Made by a program: the position numbers and the translations under genes
The notes under the pieces: generated by a model
What the model was told of the DNA's origin: nothing
Database searches by the model: none
The model's input: only the letters and a program-made list of their open reading frames with translations
Origin: an uncultured delta proteobacterium
Lineage (GTDB): Bacteria; Myxococcota_A; Polyangia; Polyangiales; B10-G4
Assembly: GCA_963727445.1 (NCBI GenBank)
Contig: CAVSGI010000009.1
Location: forward strand, 672,001 to 736,000
Reading direction: 5' to 3'
Length of the DNA: 64,000 bases
In this document: positions 39,350 to 48,735 of the stretch, in pieces
How positions within the stretch are numbered: position 1 is the stretch's first letter
How the letters are laid out: every line of letters begins with the position of its first letter

Positions 39350-39820
39350 CTACAGGGTCATCCCGCCGGAGATGCTGACGTTGTCGAAGCCGGCGCCGTT
39401 CGCCAGATCCATGGCGTTGATCATTTCCTCGAAGCGGACTCCGTCCTCTGGGGACACGATGAGGTCGTGTGGGTTGCGGGCCAGGCGCTGCCGCTGCTGG
39501 AGCGCCTCCACCAGGCTCTCGTCGTCGTAGCGCTCCCCGCTCTTGGGGATGCTGGTGGACTCGCCCAGGGTCGAGCCCAGGACGTAGCCGTCGGGGGTGA
39601 CCTGGAGGATGACCCGTTCGATGTCGTTCTCCGAGACCGAATCCGCGGTGTCGCCGGGGATCTGCTGATTGGCCTCGATCGCGGCGAGCTGGTTCCACAC
39701 CGCCGAGACCAGAAGAAACATCACGCAGCACAGGAGCAGGTCGATGAAGGGGATCAAAGGGATCTCCGCGTCCACCGACTTCTTGCCTCCGCTGCCTCCA
39801 CCCACCGCGATCTGCGCCAT
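39350..39820 (-). CDS. ExbD/TolR family protein (orphan paralog)
   Basis: DAEIPLIPFIDLLLCCVMFLL TM with the conserved Asp; PEDGVRFEEMINAMD. Confidence 0.9.
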   Translation of the reverse strand: MAQIAVGGGSGGKKSVDAEIPLIPFIDLLLCCVMFLLVSAVWNQLAAIEANQQIPGDTADSVSENDIERVILQVTPDGYVLGSTLGESTSIPKSGERYDDESLVEALQQRQRLARNPHDLIVSPEDGVRFEEMINAMDLANGAGFDNVSISGGMTL

Positions 39821-39872
39821 TTCGGCCTCCTCTCCCTCTTGAGAGGCCAGGGACGCTCAAAAGTTCCAGGCG

Positions 39873-41333
39873 TCAGCAGGAACCGGAGGGGTTGCAGATG
39901 ATGCGACCACCCCCGCAGTCGACCTCGGTCTGGTCGCAGCGCGTGAAACCGCAGGTGATCGCGCCCGTGCAGAGGACCTCGCAGTCCGCACCACTGCGGC
40001 AGTCGACCCCGCAGTCCGTGGCGCCCTGGCAGTCCACCGTACACGTGGTGCCGGCGTTGTCGCAGCGGGAGGTGACCGGATTGGTGTTGTATCGGAAGTC
40101 CGATCTGCAGGTGGCACCCCCGCTGCAACGCGAGCTCGCCGTCGCGTCGTTGCCGAGGATGACGCACTCGATCCCGCTGCCCTGACAGTGCGAGTCACAC
40201 ATGGGGTCGGTGCAGACGTATCCACAGGTGCCGCTGTCGCACATGCACGTCGAGCCCGCGGGACAGCCGGTGCACGTGGTGCCGAGGCAATCGGTGTAGC
40301 AGGTGGTGCCGTTGCAGACGCCCGCGCAGGGACTGCCGCACGAGCCGCAGTTCGACTCGTCGAAGGCGGTGTTCGCTTCGCAGGTCACCCCGTCGCCGTC
40401 GCAGTCGGCGAAGGGCTCTGTGCACGGGCCGACCACGCAGGTACCCGTGGAGCAATCGCCGGTCGCCCCGGTCGGTGCGCAAGGCACGCCACATGCGCCG
40501 CAATCGGTCGCGGAGTGGAGGTCGTTCTCGCAGCCGTTCGTCGTGTCCCCATCACAATCACCGAAGCCGATGTCGCACGTGTAGCCACACGACCCGGCGT
40601 CGCAGTCCGATGTGGCGTGGGCGGCCGAGCAGACGTTGTCGCAGGTGCCACAGGTCGCCGCCAGCGTCAGGTCTGCCTCGCACCCATTCGACATGTCGCC
40701 GTCACAGTCTTCGAAGCCGGGGTCGCAGCTGAAGTCGCAGCTGCCGCCGGAGCAGGTGGGTGTGGCGTTCGTCGGCGCCGGGCAGTCGTGGCCGCAAGAG
40801 CCGCAGTTGGAGGGATCCGTGCCCAGGTCGGCGCAGCTCGTCCCACACAGCATCGTTCCGCCGCTGCACATGGCCACGCAGCTCCCGGCCTGACAGAGCG
40901 GGGCGGTGGAGTTGCAGGTGGTGGCGCAGGAGCCACAGCTGGTGGGTTGGTTGAGCGACGCTTCACAGCCGTCGCCGGGGTCATCGTTGCAGTTCGCGAA
41001 GCCGTCGTCGCATCGCGGTTCGCAGCGCCCGTCGACACAGGCGGGGGCCGCGTTTGCCGGGGCCGGGTTACAGAAGTTGCGGCAGGAGCCACAGTTCTGT
41101 GGGTCGCGACTGGTGTCGAACCCCTCGTCGGTCAGCCCGTCGCAGTCGTCGTCGGCGTCGTTGCAGCTCTCCGCCCGAGGCGTGCAGGCGTCGGGAGGCG
41201 CGACGGTGGTGTCCGGACGCCCCGAATCCGTTCGGGGGGCGTCCATCGACGCATCGCTGCTCGGCGCGATGGCGGTGGACTCGAGGGAACACGCCGCGAG
41301 GCTCGCGAGTAGGAGTGCGAAGAGGGGTCGCAC
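39873..41333 (-). CDS. Cys-rich lipoprotein with STIG1-like (DPxNCGxC) repeats
   Basis: Lipobox LAAC, ESCNDADDDCDGLTDEG motif, six xxCGxC repeats, DCDGD.NGCE modules. Confidence 0.88.
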   Translation of the reverse strand: MRPLFALLLASLAACSLESTAIAPSSDASMDAPRTDSGRPDTTVAPPDACTPRAESCNDADDDCDGLTDEGFDTSRDPQNCGSCRNFCNPAPANAAPACVDGRCEPRCDDGFANCNDDPGDGCEASLNQPTSCGSCATTCNSTAPLCQAGSCVAMCSGGTMLCGTSCADLGTDPSNCGSCGHDCPAPTNATPTCSGGSCDFSCDPGFEDCDGDMSNGCEADLTLAATCGTCDNVCSAAHATSDCDAGSCGYTCDIGFGDCDGDTTNGCENDLHSATDCGACGVPCAPTGATGDCSTGTCVVGPCTEPFADCDGDGVTCEANTAFDESNCGSCGSPCAGVCNGTTCYTDCLGTTCTGCPAGSTCMCDSGTCGYVCTDPMCDSHCQGSGIECVILGNDATASSRCSGGATCRSDFRYNTNPVTSRCDNAGTTCTVDCQGATDCGVDCRSGADCEVLCTGAITCGFTRCDQTEVDCGGGRIICNPSGSC

Positions 41334-41351
41334 CTCAACAGTATAGTAGGA

Positions 41352-42002
41352 TCAGTGCAGGGCTTCACGAAAGGCGCGCTCCGCCGCCTCGGCGGGCGTG
41401 TCGACGAAGGCGGCGATCAGGCTCATCAGGCCCATGGAGGCGGTTCCCACCGCGATGCTCGTTCCAGCGCTGCCGTCGATCTCCCCTGCCGCGGTCAGGC
41501 CGATCATGATGGACGAGGCGATCACCAGCGCCACTCCGAGGCCGATCGAGAAGCCGCGGCGGAGGCGGGATGTGCTCGCCTCTTCTGCCAGCTCGCGCTC
41601 GAAGACGTGTAGCTCTTCGTGGGTGAGCCCGTCGGCGCGCGCGGCTCTGAATCGTCTCAGCCGATCCCACCCTTCCGAGTCGTCGCTCATGGCGGCGATG
41701 CGAAAGCCGGTCATCACCAGGAGCGCTGTCGCGCCGACCAAGCAGCCGATCCCCAGCCCCACGTCGCCGGCCTGCACGCCGTCGGTCCCGGGGTCGGGGA
41801 TCAGGTAGTCGACCCCGCAATAGATCTCGTACACGCCGGTGGTCGCGCCACGCGCCGCGTTGATGAACTGAATCGCGTCGAAGCGCTCCATCGGGATGCG
41901 GAGCGCGAGCTCGAGCGCCTCGGGATCGGGGGACTGCGCCTGGGCGGCGGCTGGAGCGGCGATGACGATGAGGAAGGTGAGCGGGAGGAGGAGGCGCGTC
42001 AC
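41352..42002 (-). CDS. Hypothetical membrane protein
   Basis: Signal peptide plus 3-4 hydrophobic segments; overlaps the upstream stop. Confidence 0.65.
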   Translation of the reverse strand: MTRLLLPLTFLIVIAAPAAAQAQSPDPEALELALRIPMERFDAIQFINAARGATTGVYEIYCGVDYLIPDPGTDGVQAGDVGLGIGCLVGATALLVMTGFRIAAMSDDSEGWDRLRRFRAARADGLTHEELHVFERELAEEASTSRLRRGFSIGLGVALVIASSIMIGLTAAGEIDGSAGTSIAVGTASMGLMSLIAAFVDTPAEAAERAFREALH

Positions 42003-43066
42003 TCGTTCGCCCCGGGTGCCTCGTCCTCGACGCTTTCGTCGCTGGTGGTGGCGGTGCTCGCAGCGCTGTCGTCGCCGTCGGTTCCGTCTTCGTCGCCGCC
42101 GGCGCCGTCCTCGTCGCCGCCGGCGCCCTCCTCGTCGCTGCCGGCGCCCTCCTCGTCACCGTCCTCGTCCTCACCCGGTACCTCCGACCCCCATCCCATC
42201 GCGGGCTCGCCCGCGGCGGCCTTCACCTGCGCGGCGATGCCGCAGTCGGTGGCCAGGATGCTGTCGTTCAGCTCGGGGGTGGCGGTGCGGGGAACGTCGA
42301 CGCCGGGAAGGGCGATGCGGACGGGGACCAGACGCCCGACCGGCTCGGTACGAACGCTGAGGAGCAGCTTGTCGTCGCGTAAATCCCAGATGTAGACGTC
42401 GCTCGGTGACTCGGCACGAAGGTTCGTCTGCTGGATGATCACCAGCAGGTACTGAGCCTGCATCGCGGTGGCGATGCCCGGCAGATCGCGATCGACCCGG
42501 CGGGTGAGATCGGCCTCGAGGACCTCGAGGCGGGCCAGCGACGCGGTCTCCACCTCCTCGGGCCACGACGGAAGGAGGAACTCCCCCGACTCGTAGAAGC
42601 CTCGCAGGCTGGTCGGAGCGATCCCGAGGCAGCGGCCGATGCCGTCCCGGAGGAAATCCTTCGCGGCGAGGGCGATCCCCTCGGAGGTCTGGGCCTGCTC
42701 GCGCGAGAGGCGCAGGTAGAGGCCCTGACCCTGGTGCAGCGCGCTCAGGTTGAGGCGGGGGTCGGCGTAGGTCTCGGGCGGATCGTTGTCCTTCACGCTC
42801 AGGACCAGCCCATCGATCTTCTCTCGGAAGGCCTCGTACCGCTCGATGAACGGGCTCAGCTCACCGTGATAGCTGGCGAGGATGCGCGTCCGAAGGGTGA
42901 CGGTCTTGTCGTGCTGCCGCCACAGGTAGCTCCCCACCAGGAAGCCGACGGCCACGACGCCCAGAATCACCCACCTCCACGGAAAACGCGGCATGAAAGC
43001 CGCGCGTTCGTCGAGGTCGGTGCTCGGCCGGGCCGGCTCGAGCTTTTTCTGTGGGTCCTCGGCCAT
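41999..43066 (-). CDS. Hypothetical single-TM protein with acidic C-terminal repeats
   Basis: PRFPWRWVILG TM; DEEGAG repeats; GC3-rich codon usage. Confidence 0.75.
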   Translation of the reverse strand: MAEDPQKKLEPARPSTDLDERAAFMPRFPWRWVILGVVAVGFLVGSYLWRQHDKTVTLRTRILASYHGELSPFIERYEAFREKIDGLVLSVKDNDPPETYADPRLNLSALHQGQGLYLRLSREQAQTSEGIALAAKDFLRDGIGRCLGIAPTSLRGFYESGEFLLPSWPEEVETASLARLEVLEADLTRRVDRDLPGIATAMQAQYLLVIIQQTNLRAESPSDVYIWDLRDDKLLLSVRTEPVGRLVPVRIALPGVDVPRTATPELNDSILATDCGIAAQVKAAAGEPAMGWGSEVPGEDEDGDEEGAGSDEEGAGGDEDGAGGDEDGTDGDDSAASTATTSDESVEDEAPGANE

Positions 43067-43125
43067 CAGGCAGAGGCTAATTCCGGGGCCTCGGGCCGGC
43101 CCCCTTCAGCCCCCGGGCCATCAAA

Positions 43126-43665
43126 CTACTCGCCGGTCGCGTTCACCGCGAAGCTCACGTTCGAGTAGCCGGCCTGAGCCGTCGAGAACATGACCTTCTT
43201 CACCACCCGGTAGTCCGTGTTGATGTCGGCCTGAATGATGACGACACCAGCGAAGGGCTGCTGGGGGTGGAGGATGCCCCAGTTGCGCTTGAGCGTCTCG
43301 AGGTCCTGCACGAGCTGCTCGATGCGAGTCGATCTCCGCCGAGGAGGCGAGGGACGCCGTGTCCGCCATGCGGCGGCCGTCGAGCATCACGACCTGACGG
43401 GTTGATCGCGATGATGGGTGCTATCCTCCAGCGCTTCGGTGTTCACGCCGTCCGGCAGGCGCAGGAGATCGTCCTGCGCCGCCGTGACGATCTGCGCGCT
43501 GAAGTTGGTCAGCAGGAAGACGACCAGCACGATGAGGAAGTCGATGAACGGGACGAGCGAGATCGACGTGTCGACGCTCTTCCGTCCACCACCGCTGACA
43601 CGATCCGGGACGAACTTCAGCGGGATGTGGTGAAGGAGGACCTTATGTGGCGTGTGAATGGGCAT
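43126..43665 (-). CDS. ExbD/TolR family protein (frameshifted)
   Basis: MPIHTP...SISLVPFIDFLIVLVVFLL at the 5' end; IIQADINTDYRVVKKVMFSTAQAGYSNVSFAV at the 3' end; indels at about 43320-43430. Confidence 0.8.
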
Positions 43666-43675
43666 CGGGTCGTCC

Positions 43676-44152
43676 TCAGAGTGCCGCGCCGTCGGAGAGC
43701 GACATGTCGTGGAAGCCTTCGCCCACCACCAGGTCCATCGCCGACACGACGTCCTCGTAACGCACCCCGTCCTCGGGGGCGACGATGATGTCGCGGCGGT
43801 TCGGCTCGATGCTGGCGCCGCTCCTGAAGCTTGGAGCGGAGCTCGTCGATGTCGAGGTCTCGCCGTTCTTGGCGATGGTGATGCGATCTCCGGCCGTCGC
43901 CGCGAGCACGTAGCCGGTGTTCTGGATCTGGAGGAACAGCTTGACCCGCTCCTCGGGCGGCGGCTGATCGTCCTGGGCCTGCTGACCGGGCTGCTGCTGG
44001 TTCGCGTTGATGCGCGCCAGCTGGTTCCACACCGCCGTGACGAGAAGGAACATGACGCAGCAGAGGAGGAGATCGATGAACGGGATGAGCGGGATCTCCG
44101 CGTCCACGTTCTTCTTTCCGCCACCACCGCCTTCGACGTTTACGCCACCCAT
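43676..44152 (-). CDS. ExbD/TolR family protein
   Basis: MGGVNVEGGGGGKKNVDAEIPLIPFIDLLLCC, PEDGVRYEDVVSAMD; probable compensating indels at about 43815-43860. Confidence 0.85.
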   Translation of the reverse strand: MGGVNVEGGGGGKKNVDAEIPLIPFIDLLLCCVMFLLVTAVWNQLARINANQQQPGQQAQDDQPPPEERVKLFLQIQNTGYVLAATAGDRITIAKNGETSTSTSSAPSFRSGASIEPNRRDIIVAPEDGVRYEDVVSAMDLVVGEGFHDMSLSDGAAL

Positions 44153-44210
44153 CGTTTGCTCCCTTATCGAAGAAACAGCTGGAGCCCCTCCGATGGAGGC
44201 GGTCAGGCGA

Positions 44211-44860
44211 TCAGCCTGCTGAGCGCCCTGAAGGTTGACCTTCGAGCGGTTGTTCACGACCAGGTTCATCACCTGGACCGTCGCGCCGTTGATGTCGTCG
44301 AGAAGGCACTGCGTCTTGCCGTTGAGCGACGGCGAAGCCGATCAGCGCGATGATCGCGCTCAAGAGGCCGAACGCCGTGCAGTTCATCGCCTCGGAGATA
44401 CCCTGCGGCGAGCAGCAGCGCCTTCGAGCCGCGTCCGCGTTGGCGACCGCGCCGAACGCGATGATGAGACCGATGACCGTGCCGAGCAGACCCGAGAGCA
44501 TCGCGAGGTTCGCGAGAAGGGCCAGGTACGGGGTGCGAGCTTCGATCTTCGGAAGCTCGCGAAGAGCGGCCTCGTCCATGGCAGCCTGAACCTCGGCGTC
44601 GGGGCGGTTGACCTTCATGAGGCCCGCCTTGACGATGCGGGCGAGAGGCGCGTTCGCCGCGGAGCAGAGCTTGATGGCGCGACCGATGTCTCCGGCGAGG
44701 ATGCACTTCTGCATCGTCGCGAGGAAGACGTCCTTGTTGATGGAGCTCTTGTACAGATAGATCGCGCGCTCGACGATGACGCCGATCGCGATGATCAGCC
44801 AGAAGAGGATGGCGTACATCCCCATCCGCCTTCCTCGAAGTGGTGCGCAATACTCGACAT
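44211..44860 (-). CDS. MotA/TolQ/ExbB proton-channel protein (frameshifted; 3' end approximate)
   Basis: AGGAGG RBS, MSSIAHHFEEG.WGMYAILFW, LANLAMLSGLLGTVIGLIIAF, GISEAMNCTAFGL. Confidence 0.85.
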
Positions 44861-44992
44861 CGTCCTCTGTCCTCCTGAAACGATCCTTGGGGCGCCGAAT
44901 CCCGTGCCGACGACCGCCTTCGATCAGCGTATCCCGTAGCGAATCTGATTGTGATTCTAAGGGTCTACGCCTTCTGCTCGCTTGACCGGGCG

Positions 44993-45020
44993 ATGATACC
45001 GACCCGAATGGTGAAGTCAA
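44993..45020 (-). promoter_or_regulatory. sigma70-type promoter of the leftward motor operon
   Basis: Minus strand TTGACT-N16-TATCAT. Confidence 0.6.
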
Positions 45021-45207
45021 TACTGATCCATTGGGCTCGGTGACACCCCCCACACGTCTCGGAAGGGTGATCCTTTAGTGTCCATCCGGCCAAGAAAGTT
45101 CCCACCGACATCGCCCTTCACCGGCCCCCTGGGGCCGCCCCGACGTCACCCCCGAAGACGGAGGGGGCTCGCGCTGTCACCCCTCGGGGAACGACCTGGA
45201 CGTAGCG

Positions 45208-45237
45208 TTGACAAGGCGAATCCCGCTAGGGTAGCGT
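45208..45237 (+). promoter_or_regulatory. sigma70-type promoter of the aglRQS-like operon
   Basis: TTGACA-N18-TAGCGT. Confidence 0.5.
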
Positions 45238-45327
45238 CCTGCCTGTTTTCGGCGATTGCCGCTGCATTTTCGCGGCATTCGGACCATCTGACGACCAGTA
45301 CCGAGAGGACGTAAGGAGCCTCAGCTG

Positions 45328-45954
45328 ATGGAAGCAATTTGGCATTTCATGCTCGATGGAGCCCCCTTCACCTTCATCAACGTCGGCGTGCTGGCGTTCG
45401 TGCTTGCGATCATCGTCGAACGATTCGTCTTCATTCTCACCAAGTACCGGGTCAACAGCCGTGAGTTCATGGCGCAGATCCGGAAGCTGGTGCAGGCGGG
45501 GAACATCGATCGCGCCATCAAGCTCTGCGAGGCGGCGCCGCTGCCGCTCCTTCAGGTCGTCAAGGCGGGCCTCACCCAGGTGAATCGTGGTGAAGAGGCG
45601 GTCATCGCTTCGATGGAAGAGCGCATGAGCGAGGTCATGCCCGAGCTCGAGAAGCGCATCGGCGCCCTTTGGTCGCTCGCGAACATCGCGACCCTGATCG
45701 GCCTCCTCGGCACCATCTCGGGTCTGATTCGCGCGTTCGGCGCCGTGGCCTTCGCCGACCCCTCCGAACAGCAGCGCATCCTCTCGAACGGTATCTCCGA
45801 GGCCATGTACAACACGGCGCTCGGTCTCGGCATCGCCGTGCTCTGCATGATCGCCACCTGATCCTCCACGGCATGGCAGAAGAAGCAGAAGCAGGACATG
45901 GAGCGCGCCACGATGAAGCTCGAGAACCTGCTCGCCCTGCGCCGTCAGGGCTGA
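45328..45954 (+). CDS. aglR: TolQ/ExbB-family gliding motor subunit, AglR-like; 1-nt frameshift near 45855
   Basis: IRKLVQAGNIDRAIKLC, LWSLANIATLIGLLGTISGLIRAF, GISEAMYNTALGLGIA; the shifted frame continues LILHGMA...KLENLLALRRQG. Confidence 0.8.
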
Positions 45955-45981
45955 GCCCGCATCACGCGTTATCGGTAGACG

Positions 45982-46538
45982 ATGGCCGAAGCTCACCCCA
46001 GCCCAGCGTCAATACATTCGGAAGCGCACGAAGGTTCACGACCTCGATCCGTCCGAGATGGCCGGCGAGCTCAACATCGTTCCGTTCCTCGACATCGTCG
46101 TGAACCTGATCATGTTCCTGCTCGTCACCACCATGAGCGCGGTGGCCGCTTGCGCAGATCGATTCTCAGCTCCCGGAGTATCGGCGCGGCGTCGGTGGAC
46201 GCAGCTCGAACCCCGAGGCGACGCTGAACCTCAACGTCACGATCGTCGAGCAGGGCGTCATCGTCACCGGCTCGGGCGGCAAGCTCGCACCGGGCTGCGA
46301 CACCGTCGGCTCGGGCAACGTCATCACGGTGCCGAAGAACGGCAACGACTATGATTGGGCGGGCCTGACCGCGTGCGTCGCGAAGGTGAAGGAGCAGTTC
46401 CCGGAGGAGCGACAGGTCACGGTCACCGCCGACCCGCTCATCCAGTACCGCTACCTCGTGCAGGCGATGGACGCGATTCGTGAGAAAGACACCGAGGAGC
46501 TCTTCCCCGAGGTGCTGATCTCCGCGGGTGTGCGCTGA
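45982..46538 (+). CDS. aglQ: TolR/ExbD-family motor subunit, AglQ-like (frameshifted)
   Basis: GELNIVPFLDIVVNLIMFLL, FPEERQVTVTAD, LVQAMDAIRE, LFPEV; indels near 45990, 46150 and 46200. Confidence 0.75.
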
Positions 46539-47113
46539 TGGCCGGCCCGGATACACAAGGCGGACACGACGAGCCCGTCGCCACGATGGGGCAGGTGAAG
46601 TCCATCATTCGGCGCAAGCTCCGCAAGATGGACCCCGACCAGGAGAACCATCTCAACATCTATCCGATGATGGACATGATGACGATCCTGCTCGTCTTCC
46701 TCATCATGCAATTCGCTGCGACCAGCGCGGACACGGTGCAGTCGGACGAGCTGCGCCTGCCCTACTCGACCTCGGAGACCGAGAAGCTCGACGCCCTGGT
46801 GGTGAAGATCTCGCGGATCTCGATCCTGGTCGAGGCGAATCAGGTCGTCACCCTTCGTAACGGGCAGGTCGACCCCGGCGACAAGCAGGGTGGCGGTACC
46901 GGCTTCCTGATCACGCGCCTGCATCGCGAGCTCCAGCAGCACCGCGATCGCCTCAAGATGATCGCTCAGCAGCGCGGCCAGCCGTTCCGCGGCGAGGTCC
47001 AGATCATCGCGGACGAACGAACCCCGTTCCGAACCCTGACCGAGGTCATCTATACGCTCGGTCAGAGTGAGTTCAAGAACCTCAGGTTCGTCGTACTCCA
47101 AGAAGGTAGTTAG
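46538..47113 (+). CDS. aglS: TolR/ExbD-family motor subunit, AglS-like
   Basis: LNIYPMMDMMTILLVFL, IIADERTPFRTLTEVIYTLGQSEFKNLRFVV. Confidence 0.8.
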   Translation: MAGPDTQGGHDEPVATMGQVKSIIRRKLRKMDPDQENHLNIYPMMDMMTILLVFLIMQFAATSADTVQSDELRLPYSTSETEKLDALVVKISRISILVEANQVVTLRNGQVDPGDKQGGGTGFLITRLHRELQQHRDRLKMIAQQRGQPFRGEVQIIADERTPFRTLTEVIYTLGQSEFKNLRFVVLQEGS

Positions 47114-47178
47114 TCGGCGCGCCATTCGCCGGCTTCGCCACCAATGACCGGAGAAATTGGTGAGGAGGGCTCAGGCCC

Positions 47179-47208
47179 CCTTGGCCTTGGCCTTGGCCTT
47201 GGCCTTGG
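47179..47208. repeat. (CCTTGG)5 microsatellite between convergent genes
   Basis: Direct reading of the sequence. Confidence 0.9.
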
Positions 47209-47270
47209 GCTGGCGGAGGGCGGCTGAACGTACTCCCTGCGTGAGACGACCAGTGGGAGGGTGTTCGACG

Positions 47271-48656
47271 CTACCGGCAGCGGCCGCGTTGGCAGCGTTG
47301 ACCGGCAGCGCACATGGTGTCGCAGGCGCCGCAGTGGGCCGTGTCGGTGTCGAGGTCGACGCACTCGGTGCCGCACGTGGTGGCGGGGCAGTCGCAGAGG
47401 CCGGCGACGCAGGTGGCGAGGGGGCCACAGTCGTTGCCGCAGCCGCCGCAGTTTGCGCCGTCGGTCATCGGGTCGACGCAGGTGTCGCCGCAGAGGAGCT
47501 GTCCCATCGGGCACTCGCAGGCGCCCGAGGTGCACACCCGACCACCCGCGCAGGCCATCGTGCAGCCGCCGCAGTTGGCGTCGTCGGTCATCGGGTCGAC
47601 GCAGGTGCCGGCGCAGAGCAAGAGACCCGCCGCGCATGTGGGTACGCAAGCGCCGCCATCGCAGGTCTCTGCTGCCGCGCAGGCGTTGCGGCAGGCGCCG
47701 CAGTTCGCGGGATCGGTCGCCGCGTCGGTGCAGCGCCCGCGGCAGAGCGTCTCGCCGCTCGGGCAACGGCAGACGCCGTCCTGGCAGGTGCGCCCGCCAG
47801 CGCACACCACGCCGCAGTCGCCGCAGTGTGAGTTGCTCGTCGCAGTGTCGACGCAGCTCGCGCCGCAGGCCGTGAGCCCTGCCGGACATGCGGGCTGACA
47901 GGTTCCGTCCGCGCAGAGCTCTCCCGAGGCGCACGCCACACCGCATCCACCACAGTTCGCGGCGTCTGTGCTGGTGTCGACGCATCCACTCGCGCCGCAC
48001 GGCGAAAGCGTGCCCGGACAGACGCACGCGCCATCAGAGCAGTACCGCCCGCTCGCGCACGCCATCGAGCAGCCGCCGCAGTGGTAGGGGTTGTTCGAGA
48101 CGTCGACGCAGGCGCCCTCGCACTCGGTGAGGGTCATGCCGCAGCTCGAGGCGCACAGCCCCGCCGTGCAGACCTCGCCCGCGGGGCAGGCCATGGCACA
48201 CGCGCCGCAGTTGGCCGGATCGGAGCGGAGATCCACGCAGCCGCTGCCACAGTCGCTGAGGTCCGTGTCGCAGATGCAGATTCCGTCGGAGCAGGTCTGG
48301 TTGGTGGCGCAGGCCACTCTGCAGGCGCCGCAATTCTCCGGATCGCTGTCGGGGTTGACGCACGCGTCGCCACAGTCGGTCAGCCGCGGAGAGCAGGCCG
48401 AGGCGCACACACCGAGATCGCAGACCTGGCCGTCGGCGCAGGCGGTGCCGCAGGCGCCACAGTTGGCCGGGTCGGTGGAGAGCGTCGTGCAGACTCCGTC
48501 GCAGCGCGTCTGGCCCGCGGTTGGACAGGCACCGCCATCCGCCACCGTCGAATCCATCGTGGGGCCCACGCCGCTGTCGGTAGTGGCGGACCCATCGTCG
48601 CCGCATCCGAAGAGTGCCAGCGCCGAGACCCAGGCGACGAGGATGCGAAAAGCCAC
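47271..48656 (-). CDS. Cys-rich lipoprotein with 10 STIG1-like repeats
   Basis: GTG start at 48656 (VAFRILVAWVSALALFGC, lipobox LFGC); ten DPxNCGxC-type repeats. Confidence 0.88.
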   Translation of the reverse strand: MAFRILVAWVSALALFGCGDDGSATTDSGVGPTMDSTVADGGACPTAGQTRCDGVCTTLSTDPANCGACGTACADGQVCDLGVCASACSPRLTDCGDACVNPDSDPENCGACRVACATNQTCSDGICICDTDLSDCGSGCVDLRSDPANCGACAMACPAGEVCTAGLCASSCGMTLTECEGACVDVSNNPYHCGGCSMACASGRYCSDGACVCPGTLSPCGASGCVDTSTDAANCGGCGVACASGELCADGTCQPACPAGLTACGASCVDTATSNSHCGDCGVVCAGGRTCQDGVCRCPSGETLCRGRCTDAATDPANCGACRNACAAAETCDGGACVPTCAAGLLLCAGTCVDPMTDDANCGGCTMACAGGRVCTSGACECPMGQLLCGDTCVDPMTDGANCGGCGNDCGPLATCVAGLCDCPATTCGTECVDLDTDTAHCGACDTMCAAGQRCQRGRCR

Positions 48657-48680
48657 GGACCCGATGTTAGCAGACGCACG

Positions 48681-48717
48681 AAGGCCCCACCGTCTCGCGA
48701 CGGCGGGGCCTTTCTTC
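48681..48717. terminator. Hairpin (probable terminator) downstream of the knottin-repeat gene
   Basis: AAGGCCCCaCCGTC-tcgc-GACGGcGGGGCCTT, then TCTTC. Confidence 0.65.
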
Positions 48718-48735
48718 GTGGCGATCGCGCGCGAC

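Noticed and set aside
43676..44860. TolQ-TolR fusion protein (ORF 43676-44272)
   Set aside because: The read-through occurs in an indel-rich zone, and the TolR-like gene has its own RBS (AAGGGAG) and ATG at 44152.
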